From: an uncultured Rhodothermales bacterium
GTDB taxonomy: Bacteria; Bacteroidota; Rhodothermia; Rhodothermales; VXPQ01
Assembly (NCBI GenBank): GCA_964591285.1
Contig: CAZQAS010000014.1
Coordinates: 1-40,000 of the forward strand
Reading direction: 5' to 3'
Length of the DNA stretch: 40,000 bases
The position numbers and the translations under genes were made by a program. The first letter of the stretch is position 1. Each line of letters opens with the position of its first letter. The notes beneath the pieces are model-generated. The model searched no databases. It saw only the letters and a program-made list of their open reading frames with translations, and was not told where the DNA came from. Shown piece after piece: positions 1-9,378 of this stretch.

Positions 1-74
1 CATCGGATCCATCGCGGGTCGGCAGATCGCACCGGGGAAGGTTCAGCCGGACGAGCTCGCCGCTTTCTAAGCCG

Positions 75-1307
75 TCATTTTCCTGTGGTAGCGCCATCGC
101 TCCTTCCCGTAAGACGGCCATCCGATTCGCTATATCCCGTCAGTTCGACAAATCCATATCCGCTCTCGCTCCCCGTGATTCGCACCGCACCTTCCCAATA
201 AACGACCGAATGTCGTAGCTCCTGATCGGGAAGCAGCGACCGGATGCGAAGCTCCAGCCCGTGCTGCGGAATGGAAAAGTCCCACGCTATCGGATATTGA
301 GCATCGGTTACGGGGCTCTGCCAGTGAGCGACGGGCTCCAGCCGGACGTCGTCGGGCCCGAGCCGGACCGCCGTTCCGTCCGCCCCGACGAGTGTGCCGC
401 TGCTGAATGCACTGCTGCCGCCATCGCGCTCACGCAGTCGGTAGTACATGACGTCACGTCCCGACTCGAGCTGTAGCGCAAACCAGTCCCACCCGATCTG
501 ATCGTCGCCCAGGGCGCTCGTGCTCCATTCGTGATCCATCCAACTGTGACCTTCGACCGGTACCGTGCGCTGCCCGATGCGCACCGCGCCGGTAGTAGAC
601 ATGCGCGTCATGGAGTAGTAATAGGATGCATTGCCGGGCTCCGGTCCCTTGCTGTCGAGTCCGCGATCGCCGTGGAGCACGATCGGCTTTTCTCGGCTGA
701 GCGTGAGATCGAGGGCGACCGTGTCCGTGGCGGCCACGAGCCGCACGGAGTCCGCGCCGGCTCCGCTGATCGACCAATCCTCCAACCACACGTGGTAGGG
801 CGCCGACTCCGCGCCGGCCAGGCCCGCTGCGCCGCGGCTAAACCGCTCCGACGAAAAAAAGCGGCGATTAGTCACATCCGACATCGCGAAATGCGCCATG
901 AAGAGCTGGCTCGTACTCCAGAGGGAATCTGCCGCTGACCGAGGCTGCGGAGCCGCCGCAACGGTAGAGGTGTCCGGGCGCAGTGCCGTCCGAAAGATCG
1001 TGAACTGGAACCCGAACCGGTGGCCATCGGCCGATTCAAGGTTTCCGGTGTAGTACCACCACTCCGTGCGATATTCGGGATGCGCACCATGGTCCTCCGG
1101 AAACCGCGGTGTCCGTGCGACGACCGCGCGTTCAAATCCGGCGGTGTCCGCGGACAGCGCATCGGCAACCCCCAGCGACGTGCGGACTGCCCGCTCGCCG
1201 TCGCTCCGGAGAAAGACGCCGTACCCGAAAAGTGTGATGGCTGCAATGAGGGCAGCCGCCGCTGCGGCGACGAGTGCTAGGCGAACGCCCGAGCTGGATA
1301 AAGCCAT
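75..1307 (-). CDS. Membrane-anchored/secreted lipocalin-like AttH/CrtC-family (hydroxyneurosporene-synthase-like) protein
   Basis: 410-aa ORF with an Ala-rich hydrophobic N-terminus. The FPEDHGAHPEYRTEWWYYTGNL...GFQFTIFR block is typical of the AttH/CrtC lipocalin-like family. It is the last gene in a co-directional ABC ATPase - FtsX permease string. Confidence 0.75.
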   Translation of the reverse strand: MALSSSGVRLALVAAAAAALIAAITLFGYGVFLRSDGERAVRTSLGVADALSADTAGFERAVVARTPRFPEDHGAHPEYRTEWWYYTGNLESADGHRFGFQFTIFRTALRPDTSTVAAAPQPRSAADSLWSTSQLFMAHFAMSDVTNRRFFSSERFSRGAAGLAGAESAPYHVWLEDWSISGAGADSVRLVAATDTVALDLTLSREKPIVLHGDRGLDSKGPEPGNASYYYSMTRMSTTGAVRIGQRTVPVEGHSWMDHEWSTSALGDDQIGWDWFALQLESGRDVMYYRLRERDGGSSAFSSGTLVGADGTAVRLGPDDVRLEPVAHWQSPVTDAQYPIAWDFSIPQHGLELRIRSLLPDQELRHSVVYWEGAVRITGSESGYGFVELTGYSESDGRLTGRSDGATTGK

Positions 1308-1396
1308 GGAGATGCCGCCGCGTCCGGAGGAGGTCTAGCCACTACCGGCCGTACGCTCCGTTCTTCCACGCGGCCGCCAACATCGCAGGGAGCCGA

Positions 1397-1618
1397 TTAC
1401 TTACCGTCGATCACGGTCGTTTCGCGAAGCTCTTCCGGTCGCCTGTAAAGCGCGCCTTTCGAACCGCTGATCGACACATTGCGGTGCACGAGCTCCCACG
1501 TTTCTTCGATTTCGGCCTCATCGCCGTTGAAGGGGGCCGAACCGGTACCCGATCGACCGAAGTCAAAGACAAATAGATTGTGGGGATTCCCGAGGAGTAC
1601 CTGCGTTGGCATCGGCAT
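1397..1618 (-). CDS. Hypothetical small protein (73 aa) between the FtsX permease and the AttH-like gene
   Basis: ATG-started ORF on the same strand as its neighbours, filling an otherwise 435-nt gap. Third-codon positions are mostly G/C, like the real genes here. No recognisable motif. Confidence 0.3.
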   Translation of the reverse strand: MPMPTQVLLGNPHNLFVFDFGRSGTGSAPFNGDEAEIEETWELVHRNVSISGSKGALYRRPEELRETTVIDGK

Positions 1619-1742
1619 ACGTGCTGGAGGGGTTAATTCAAGGAGCCGAACGAAATGGGAGGGGATCTACGGTGATTCGCCCGTAACAATAATCCCGCAT
1701 TTTACTAGTCTGCAGGAGGCCGAAAGTTTCGGCTCACGGATG

Positions 1743-4280
1743 CTATTCGCCTCGCAGGGCCTCCGCAGGGTCGGCCCGTGACAGCTTCCATGCCGGATAG
1801 AGCCCGGCAATGATGGCGGCTACGAACGCGACGGCAAAGGCCTCGAGGAGCACCTCCGGGGGAATGCTAAAGTCAAGCGACCACCCGAATGATCGCTTGT
1901 TGATGACGTAGACGAGAACGTAAGCGAGAACGATGCCGAGCGGGATCGACAACAGGCCCGCAATCGATCCCATCAGTCCCGTCTGCAGCATTAGCAGGCG
2001 ACGCACCTGTCCCGGTGTCATCCCCTCGGCGCGCAGTACGGCGAACTCTTTAGAGCGTTCAATCTGCAGCGCCATCAGGGCACTTACAATGCCCCCGAAT
2101 GCCACGAGCAGGGCAAGTACGCGCAGCACGGCCGTGATGGCAAAGGTTCTGTCGAAAACCTCGAGCGAAGCCTCTCGCAGGCCGCGGTTCGATCGAATGG
2201 ACAGCCGTCGATCCGCCACGTCGCGAATGCGCTGCGTGATCATCGAGAGATCGGCCCCCTCCTCTGCGTAGATCGAAATGCCGGAGTGTCCCACCGCATC
2301 GAAGGTTGTGTCGAAACGATCGCGGGTCATCGACACGATGCCGGCGTCGGAGCCGTAATCAAAGAACACCCCCGCCACAGGCACGCGCACTGCTCCCCGA
2401 TCGGTCGGCAGCTCGAGTGTATCACCACGCTGGAGTCCATGCCGGTATGCAAACGGCTCCGATACGAGAACCGCATCCGTCTCGCGGAATGCTCGCCAGA
2501 TTTCCTCCGAATCCCCGTCCGTGAAACGCGTCGAACCGGCTCCGCCCGGTCCGGCCTCCACGGCTGACAACGTAGCCTGCCGGCCGTCGATCACTACGTC
2601 AAGACGACGCACGCTCGATACGCCACGTACGCCCCGAAGCGCGCGGAGCCGATCGGGCAGGTCATCGTCCAGCGTGGCTCCAGTCAGGCGCACACCCGCG
2701 CCCGGCGGCTGGACGTATAAGTCTGCTTGAAGGGTATAGTCGAGCCAGTTCGCGACCGTGCCTCGAAAGCTTTGAACCATCGTGCCGACCCCCACGGCCG
2801 CGGCAACCGCGATGGCCAACGCCGCAATGGCGACGGAGGTACGACTCAGGTTCTGAACGACGCCTTGCGCCGACATCCGCCCGATGAGCCCGAACGGAAT
2901 CCCCAGCAGCCGGCGGGACATTCGTCCGAGCACGAGTGTAGCTGCCGGCGTCAGCAGGGCGAAGGCCGCGAGGAGCAGCACGAGACCGGCATAGCTGAGC
3001 GTGAGGTTGCGGCCCGACGTGAGCAGAATGACCGTGGCCGAGACGGCTGCCGCCCCGCCGGCCGCCGAAAGGCGCGGCAGCCGCCGAATGGTTCGACGCT
3101 CCTCCTCGGATCGCTGCAGCACGGCGCCCACCGGCGAAGCCGCCGCTTCTCGGGCTGGGGCGATGGCCGCTGCCATGGTGGCGACGGTCCCAAGTAGCAC
3201 GCCCTTGACGAAAACCGACACGTCCATGACGGCGGACCGAACCTCAAGCACGTAATACAGATCATTGATCGTCTGTGTGACGAGCCGAACGAGCCCCTGC
3301 GCCAGCCACGTGCCCAGAATCAATCCGAGCACCGATCCTACGAGACCGAGAACGCCGGCTTCAAGAAGCACCCCGGCGAAGATCTGACGCCGAGTAATCC
3401 CTATCGCGCGCATGCGGCCGATCAGCGTCCGCCGCTGGACGACTGAAAAGGTCATCGCATTGTAGATGAGAAACATCGCAACGACGAGGGCCAGCAAGCT
3501 CAACGCGTTGAGGTTGAGCTCGAAGGCATCGGTCATCTGGTCAAGCGTAGCCGTCCGCGCGTCCGACGAGACGAATTGGACACCGTCGGGCAGAACCTCC
3601 TGAACGCGGCGCGCGCGCCGTTCGAGATCGTCGCGCCCGTCCAGATTATCGCGCCCGTCAAGAATCAGGTCGATGCGCGAGAGTCGGCCCGGCATCTGAA
3701 GCAGCTCCTGCGCGGTGCCGATGTCCGCAACCATCAAATTGCGGGTCGCCTCGCGGCTTGTCTCATCCTCCGGGATGAGGAGGCCGCCGACGGTCACAAT
3801 TTCTGTGCGCCCGCCTATGGTGAGATGCAGGGTGTCTCCGGCCGCAGCATCCATCGCCGGCGACGCCAGAACGGTCCGCGCGGCCCCGAGGAAAGATTCC
3901 AGATCGAGTTCGCTGACATCCGCTGTGTACGGGCGGAAGTCGCGGTCTGCGAAGGGGTCGATCCCGAGCAGCTGGATGGCACGTCCGCGGTAGGTGACGA
4001 AGCCTTCCACGATGGGAGCAGAAGGGCGAATGCCGAGCTCGACGCGGAGCTTTCTGTAGAGGTCCCCGTCGATCGACGACGACCCGACGATGTGGTGCGT
4101 CGCCCGCCCGGTAACGCGCTCCGCGGAAAGATCGAAGGCCCGTTTCGCACCCGCATTCGCGCTGTCGATCGATACCACGACCGCTACGCCAAGCGCGATG
4201 CCCAGCACGGACAGCGCCGTCAACCAGGGGTGCCGGAGAAGATAACGGAGAGCGGCTCGCGCGGCGATCGATCCTTTCAT
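1743..4280 (-). CDS. ABC transporter permease, MacB/FtsX family with two FtsX (4-TM) modules and large extracytoplasmic domains
   Basis: The ORF track gives 855 aa from 4310. The ATG at 4280 ([19 protein letters not shown]...) forms an ATGA overlap with the upstream ATPase stop and is preferred. Two hydrophobic FtsX-like blocks are separated by soluble domains. Confidence 0.9.
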   Translation of the reverse strand: MKGSIAARAALRYLLRHPWLTALSVLGIALGVAVVVSIDSANAGAKRAFDLSAERVTGRATHHIVGSSSIDGDLYRKLRVELGIRPSAPIVEGFVTYRGRAIQLLGIDPFADRDFRPYTADVSELDLESFLGAARTVLASPAMDAAAGDTLHLTIGGRTEIVTVGGLLIPEDETSREATRNLMVADIGTAQELLQMPGRLSRIDLILDGRDNLDGRDDLERRARRVQEVLPDGVQFVSSDARTATLDQMTDAFELNLNALSLLALVVAMFLIYNAMTFSVVQRRTLIGRMRAIGITRRQIFAGVLLEAGVLGLVGSVLGLILGTWLAQGLVRLVTQTINDLYYVLEVRSAVMDVSVFVKGVLLGTVATMAAAIAPAREAAASPVGAVLQRSEEERRTIRRLPRLSAAGGAAAVSATVILLTSGRNLTLSYAGLVLLLAAFALLTPAATLVLGRMSRRLLGIPFGLIGRMSAQGVVQNLSRTSVAIAALAIAVAAAVGVGTMVQSFRGTVANWLDYTLQADLYVQPPGAGVRLTGATLDDDLPDRLRALRGVRGVSSVRRLDVVIDGRQATLSAVEAGPGGAGSTRFTDGDSEEIWRAFRETDAVLVSEPFAYRHGLQRGDTLELPTDRGAVRVPVAGVFFDYGSDAGIVSMTRDRFDTTFDAVGHSGISIYAEEGADLSMITQRIRDVADRRLSIRSNRGLREASLEVFDRTFAITAVLRVLALLVAFGGIVSALMALQIERSKEFAVLRAEGMTPGQVRRLLMLQTGLMGSIAGLLSIPLGIVLAYVLVYVINKRSFGWSLDFSIPPEVLLEAFAVAFVAAIIAGLYPAWKLSRADPAEALRGE

Positions 4281-5035
4281 TCGCCCGGCGGCGTCTCGCC
4301 GCCATGCCACGGGGCGGACTCATCCTGCAGCTTCCCCCCTTTCAACTGCACGACGCGATCGGCCCGCACGAGAAGCTCGCGGTCGTGCGTCGCAACGAGC
4401 ATGGTCTTCCGTTCTTCGCGAACGAGCCGCTCCAAGAGATCCATCACGGCGGCTCCCGTCTCGAAGTCGAGATTTCCCGTGGGCTCATCGGCCAAGATAA
4501 GGACGGGATCGTGCGCGAGCGCGCGCGCGACGGCCACGCGTTGTCGCTCACCTCCGGACAGCCGGTCCGGAAAGCTGTCTCCCCGGTCATCGAGTCCCAC
4601 ACGCCGAAGCAGATCGACGGCCTGCCGCTCGTCGTAGGCGCCGCGAAGCTCCATCGGGAGCAATAAATTCTCAAGGACGGTAAGCGTCGGGATCAGATTG
4701 AACGACTGGAAGACGAATCCCACGTGGTTTCGTCGGAAGAGTGTTCGCTCCCGCTCGGACAGGGCCGTGAGCGTCCGCGATCCCACCGAAACGGTACCCT
4801 CGTCCGGCCGATCGATTCCACTGATGAGGTTCAGCAGCGTGCTCTTTCCCGAGCCGCTCCGACCGACGATCACCGCCAGTTCCCCGGTGGCGAACTCGGC
4901 GCTCACGCGGGCGAGAACGTGTCGCTGCCGATCGCCCTCCACGAACGTCTTCGAGACGTTGGCCAGTCGCACGAGAGCCCGTGCGCCTTGGGCATTCGGT
5001 CGCTCCGCCGCAGTATCGAGATCGGATCCGTTCAT
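4277..5035 (-). CDS. ABC transporter ATP-binding protein (LolD/MacB-type)
   Basis: Walker [11 protein letters not shown]-loop, signature [15 protein letters not shown] and Walker [12 protein letters not shown]. Confidence 0.95.
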   Translation of the reverse strand: MNGSDLDTAAERPNAQGARALVRLANVSKTFVEGDRQRHVLARVSAEFATGELAVIVGRSGSGKSTLLNLISGIDRPDEGTVSVGSRTLTALSERERTLFRRNHVGFVFQSFNLIPTLTVLENLLLPMELRGAYDERQAVDLLRRVGLDDRGDSFPDRLSGGERQRVAVARALAHDPVLILADEPTGNLDFETGAAVMDLLERLVREERKTMLVATHDRELLVRADRVVQLKGGKLQDESAPWHGGETPPGE

Positions 5036-5122
5036 CTCCGGGTTCGGTACACTTCACCCACTTTCCGGCCGCGATGGCCGGAGCGGGACATACAGATCCG
5101 TTGTTGACGAGAATGATCCGGA

Positions 5123-6019
5123 ATGAAAGAACCAAGGAAGAACCGCCTCCGCATCGCAGCCTCGCAGTATTTCCTGCGGCCGATCGATCGTTTTGAGCAG
5201 TTCGCCGATCAGGTAACCTCGTCCGTAGAAACCGCCGAGGGCTACCGGTGCCGGCTTCTCGTTTTCCCGGAGTACTTCACGCTGCAGCTCGTAGCGCTCG
5301 GCGACACAAAGCGGCCGTTCCGAGATCAGCTTCGCTCGGTCGCGGCCTTCCTGCCGCAGTTCATCGATCTGATGACTGACCTTGCCACGCGCCACGGTGT
5401 GTACATCGTCGCCGGTACGATCCCGGTCGTGAACGCCGACCACGTTCACAACGAATCGTTCGTGTTCTCCCCGTCCGGTGACTACGCCGTCCAGGGGAAG
5501 CTTCACATGACACGGTTTGAAAAGGAGGACTGGAAGGTGTCGGCAAGCAGCAAACTGAAGGTCATCGAGACTGATTTTGGCAAGATTGCGGTCGCGATAT
5601 GCTACGACGTCGAGTTTCCGGAGCTCGTGCGTGCGGCCGCCCACAAGGGCGCTCAGATTCTCGCCGTCCCGAGCAACACGGACGATCGCCACGGATTTCT
5701 GCGCGTGCGCTACTGTGCTCATGCACGAACCATCGAGAACCAGATGTACGTCGTGCACTGCACCACCGTCGGCGGACTGCCGCGTGTGGCCGACGTCTCG
5801 CTCAACTACGGCCGCGCGGCCATCCTTACACCAAGCGATTACGGTTTCGCGCGCGACGGCATCCTGGCCGAAAGCAGCCTCAATCAGGAGGCAATGATCA
5901 TCGGTGAGCTGGACATGGACATCATCGACCAGAGCCGAACCTTCGGTACCGTGCTTCCGCTGAATGACAGCCATCACACCCGAGAGATCGTGGCCGACAT
6001 CGATGAAATCACCCTCTAA
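5123..6019 (+). CDS. Carbon-nitrogen hydrolase (nitrilase superfamily)
   Basis: 298 aa. LLVFPEYF (Glu region), a HMTRFEKE Lys region and the catalytic-Cys block [13 protein letters not shown]. Confidence 0.9.
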   Translation: MKEPRKNRLRIAASQYFLRPIDRFEQFADQVTSSVETAEGYRCRLLVFPEYFTLQLVALGDTKRPFRDQLRSVAAFLPQFIDLMTDLATRHGVYIVAGTIPVVNADHVHNESFVFSPSGDYAVQGKLHMTRFEKEDWKVSASSKLKVIETDFGKIAVAICYDVEFPELVRAAAHKGAQILAVPSNTDDRHGFLRVRYCAHARTIENQMYVVHCTTVGGLPRVADVSLNYGRAAILTPSDYGFARDGILAESSLNQEAMIIGELDMDIIDQSRTFGTVLPLNDSHHTREIVADIDEITL

Positions 6020-6021
6020 AA

Positions 6022-6678
6022 ATGGCCGTCTCGATTCGCCGCACACGCTCGGAGGATTTCGCAGGAATCGAGCGGCTCTCGCGCCTCATCTATCCGAACG
6101 ATCTTCCATGGACGGCCGCCTACGTCTCCAAGCACATCGAAATTTTCCCGGAAGGCCAGCTCGTCGCCGTTGAGTCGACGAGCGGAGACGTCGTCGGGAT
6201 GGCGGCAAGCCTCATCATTACGTGGGACGACTACGAGCGCCTCGACACCTACAACGACTTCACGAGCGAAGGATGGTTCACCAACCACGACCCATCTGGC
6301 CGCACACTTTATGGGGCGGAGGTGATGGTCGATCCGGCACGTCGGGGCCAGGGCATCGGATCGAAGCTTTACGATGCACGAAAGGCGATCGCCAAGCAGC
6401 TCGGCCTGCTGCGAATTCGCGCGGGTGCTCGGCTGGCGGGATATTCGAATCATGCCGCGGATCTGTCCGCCGAGGATTACGTCCGCAGCGTCATTGCGGG
6501 CGATCTGTTCGATTCGACGCTGAGCTTCCAGCTCCGACGGGGATTTCGAGTACTGAGCGTGGTGGCGGATTACTTCGCGCGCGATCCGCGGAGCCGCGGA
6601 TATGCGGCGATCATCGAGTGGCTGAATGAAGCAATGGCCGACCAGGTGGATTACCGCCGCGTGCCGACCTTCAAATGA
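6022..6678 (+). CDS. GNAT family N-acetyltransferase
   Basis: 218 aa. Acetyl-CoA motif A RRGQGIGSKLYDARK. The start lies 2 nt after the nitrilase stop. Confidence 0.85.
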   Translation: MAVSIRRTRSEDFAGIERLSRLIYPNDLPWTAAYVSKHIEIFPEGQLVAVESTSGDVVGMAASLIITWDDYERLDTYNDFTSEGWFTNHDPSGRTLYGAEVMVDPARRGQGIGSKLYDARKAIAKQLGLLRIRAGARLAGYSNHAADLSAEDYVRSVIAGDLFDSTLSFQLRRGFRVLSVVADYFARDPRSRGYAAIIEWLNEAMADQVDYRRVPTFK

Positions 6679-6685
6679 ACGGCTA

Positions 6686-7663
6686 TCAGGTCGCCTCTTC
6701 CGGCCTCCCGGAGAGCAGGTACAGGACGGCCATCCGTACCGCGACACCGTTCGTCACCTGATTCAGAATCACGGCACGTTCGTGATCGACGACCTCACTA
6801 GCCAGCTCCACCCCGCGATTTACCGGCCCTGGATGCATGATGCGGAGATCGGGAAAGCGCTCCATGTGCTCCATCGTAATCCCGAAGCGCTCGTGGTACT
6901 CACGCAAGCTGGGAAACAGGCCCGCTTCCTGCCGCTCCAATTGGATGCGTAGGGCCATCGCGACGTCACATTCGTGGAGCGCCTCCTCCAGCCGATGGGT
7001 CACTCGAACACCCATCCGATCGACCTCCACCGGCATCATGGTTTTCGGGCCACAGACCGTGACGTTGGCGCCGAGCGCGCGCAGCCCATAGATGTTCGAT
7101 CGCGCAACGCGGCTGTGGCTGATGTCCCCGATGATCGAAACGTTCCGCCCGTCGAGGGATGGGTATATATCCGTGAGCGTCAGCAGATCGAGCAGGGCCT
7201 GCGTCGGATGTTCGTGTGCTCCGTCGCCCGCATTGATCACGACGGCATCGACGCACCGCGTGAGGAAGTTGGGTGCGCCGGGCGACTTATGGCGGATGAC
7301 GACCATGTCGATCTTCATCGCCTCGATATTGCGCGCGGTGTCCTTGAGCGTCTCGCCCTTCACGACCGAGGAGCCGGACGCGGAAAAATTTACGGTGTCG
7401 GCGGACAGCCGCTTTTCGGCGAGCTCAAACGAAATACGTGTCCGCGTGGAGGGCTCGAAGAAGAGATTGACCACCGTCACGCCGCGGAGGGTCGGCACAC
7501 GCCGAATGGGCCGATCCAGAACCGATCGAAACTGTCGCGCCGTCTCAAGGATGAGCTCAATTTCACTCGCATCGTAGGACGAGAGGCCAAGGAGGTGACG
7601 GTGCTTCAACGACGACAATTCCGTCTTCTCTACGTTCCCTTCGTCGGTCACCTGCATCGGCAA
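6686..7663 (-). CDS. pyrB: Aspartate carbamoyltransferase catalytic subunit
   Basis: 325 aa. [13 protein letters not shown] carbamoyl-phosphate motif, HPTQALLD and HPGPVNRG. Confidence 0.95.
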   Translation of the reverse strand: MPMQVTDEGNVEKTELSSLKHRHLLGLSSYDASEIELILETARQFRSVLDRPIRRVPTLRGVTVVNLFFEPSTRTRISFELAEKRLSADTVNFSASGSSVVKGETLKDTARNIEAMKIDMVVIRHKSPGAPNFLTRCVDAVVINAGDGAHEHPTQALLDLLTLTDIYPSLDGRNVSIIGDISHSRVARSNIYGLRALGANVTVCGPKTMMPVEVDRMGVRVTHRLEEALHECDVAMALRIQLERQEAGLFPSLREYHERFGITMEHMERFPDLRIMHPGPVNRGVELASEVVDHERAVILNQVTNGVAVRMAVLYLLSGRPEEAT

Positions 7664-7667
7664 TTAG

Positions 7668-8237
7668 CTACTCCTTCGGATGTTCGACGAGCCACACACC
7701 TTCGCGGTCGTCGATCTCGCTGAGACGCACACGAACCTCCTCGCCGGGCAAGGTGGGAACTTCCCGTCCGACGATGTCCGCGCAGATGGGGAGCTCGCGG
7801 AGGCCGCGGTCCACGATCACCAGGAACCGAACGGTGCCCGGCCTACCGAGATCCATCAAGGCGTCGAGTGCGGAGCGCCCGGTTCGTCCCGTGTACAGCA
7901 CGTCATCAATCAAGACGATGTGGCGCTCGGTGACGTCGAACGGGATCTCCGTTTCCCGCACGACCGGCTGCTTGAGGCGCATGCGAAAGTCGTCCCGGTA
8001 CATCGTGGCATCGAGCACGCCGACGGGCACGTCGATGCCCTCGGCCTCGCGAATCTTCGATTGGAGTCGTCTGGCCAGATAGACGCCGCGCGTCTGCATC
8101 CCGATGAGCCCGAAGCTTTGGACGGCCTTGCCGTCCGGCTCGATGAGCTCCACGATCTGACGCGCCATTCGGTTGAGCGTCCGATCCAGATCGCGCGCAT
8201 CCATCAACTGCGCCTTAATGCGGTCCTGTGGCTCCAT
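7668..8237 (-). CDS. pyrR: Bifunctional pyrimidine operon regulator / uracil phosphoribosyltransferase PyrR
   Basis: 189 aa. PRPP-binding motif VLIDDVLYTGRT. N-terminus and length are typical of PyrR, and it lies directly upstream of pyrB. Confidence 0.95.
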   Translation of the reverse strand: MEPQDRIKAQLMDARDLDRTLNRMARQIVELIEPDGKAVQSFGLIGMQTRGVYLARRLQSKIREAEGIDVPVGVLDATMYRDDFRMRLKQPVVRETEIPFDVTERHIVLIDDVLYTGRTGRSALDALMDLGRPGTVRFLVIVDRGLRELPICADIVGREVPTLPGEEVRVRLSEIDDREGVWLVEHPKE

Positions 8238-8316
8238 ATCGCTAAATTAAGACTGCATCATGCGACTTGCGAGAACGGGATCCTCGCTTGACCTCGAATT
8301 CGTGCGAACGGCGGAC

Positions 8317-8363
8317 GGCTCGGACGCGTGATCTCTCTGGAAGTGGAACCCATTCCCCGAGTC
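8317..8363 (-). promoter_or_regulatory. Candidate PyrR-binding RNA element in the pyrR leader
   Basis: The minus-sense leader reads ...GACUCGG GGAAUGGGUUCC ACUUCCAGAGAGAUCACGCGU CCGAGCC... The core UCCAGAGAGA (8331-8342) closely matches the conserved UCCAGAGAGG of PyrR binding loops. It is enclosed by a CUCGG/CCGAG stem, about 95 nt upstream of the pyrR ATG. Confidence 0.4.
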
Positions 8364-8404
8364 TCGATCTAACTCAGCGCACGTCTTACAGAAGTTTGCC
8401 GCTC

Positions 8405-9340
8405 ATGCCCGCGCAGCAGGATACGACGCTGAGATACCTGGACCCGGCGGTCGTTTCGCGCCTGAAGAACATGGAGCTTCGGGCCCGGATGATCGTCGAG
8501 GGGTTCATGACGGGCATGCACAAGAGTCCATATCACGGGTTCTCCGTCGAATTCGCGGAGCATCGCCCCTACAATCCGGGCGACGAGCTACGCCACGTCG
8601 ACTGGAAGGTCTATGCCAAGACCGACCGTCACTACGTGAAGCAGTTCGAAGAGGAGACAAATCTCCGCAATTACGTTGTTCTGGACACCTCGACGTCCAT
8701 GCGCTATCGTCACGGCGCCTCGCTCTCGAAGCTCGAGTACGGCGCCTATCTGGCCGGAGCCATCCACTATCTCATGGTGAGGCAGCGGGACGCGACCGGA
8801 CTCATCACGTTCGATGAGTCTCTCCAGAGCATGTTCTCGCCGAAGAGCACGACGACATACCTCCGGCAGCTGCTTGCCGCACTCCAGCGGGTCGTCGACG
8901 AGGAGCCGAGTCGGAAGCGAACTGGCGCCGCCTCCGTGTTGAGCGAGGTCGCCGAACGAGTCGCCCGTCGCTCGCTGGTGGTCATCATCACGGATCTTTT
9001 CGAAAACGTCGGCCAGCATGATTCACTGTTGAAGGCCCTCCGTCACCTTCGATACCGCGGGCACGAGGTCATCGTATTCCACGTGCTCGAGTCCGAGACG
9101 GAGCGGCGGTTCAAGTTTCCCGACGTCCCGATGGTATTCCGCGACATGGAAACGGGGGAGGAAGTCTCCATCCAGCCCGCCCAGCTTCGTGAGAACTATG
9201 CGGAGGCGGTCCGCTCCTTCTCGGAGCGGTTTCGGCGCCGTTGTCTCGAGTACAATGTCGATTTTGTCGAGATTGACACCAACGAGCCGTATGACACGGC
9301 GCTGCTTGCGTATCTGAATAAACGCAAGCGCCTGACTTGA
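8405..9340 (+). CDS. DUF58 domain protein (MoxR-system-associated family)
   Basis: The ORF track starts at 8267. The ATG at 8405 (MPAQQDTTLRYLDP...) is preferred because the conserved part begins there. SPYHGFSVEFAEHRPYNPGDELRHVDWKVYAKTD is the DUF58 hallmark. Confidence 0.85.
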   Translation: MPAQQDTTLRYLDPAVVSRLKNMELRARMIVEGFMTGMHKSPYHGFSVEFAEHRPYNPGDELRHVDWKVYAKTDRHYVKQFEEETNLRNYVVLDTSTSMRYRHGASLSKLEYGAYLAGAIHYLMVRQRDATGLITFDESLQSMFSPKSTTTYLRQLLAALQRVVDEEPSRKRTGAASVLSEVAERVARRSLVVIITDLFENVGQHDSLLKALRHLRYRGHEVIVFHVLESETERRFKFPDVPMVFRDMETGEEVSIQPAQLRENYAEAVRSFSERFRRRCLEYNVDFVEIDTNEPYDTALLAYLNKRKRLT

Positions 9341-9378
9341 GCGGCTTCGATCTCTATCCAGTATTTCGCATCTCGACG

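Noticed and set aside
1716-1733. GCCGAAA/TTTCGGC inverted repeat after the permease stop as a terminator
   Set aside because: The loop would be too small, leaving an effective stem of only 4-5 bp, and there is no U-tract.
3576-4637. 353-aa plus-strand ORF
   Set aside because: It lies entirely antisense to the well-supported FtsX permease and ABC ATPase genes. The composition is Arg/Ala/Pro/Ser-rich and typical of shadow frames in high-GC DNA, and no motif was found.
6016-6747. 243-aa minus-strand ORF
   Set aside because: It is antisense to the GNAT gene, which has a clear acetyl-CoA motif. The sequence is Arg-rich and low in information.
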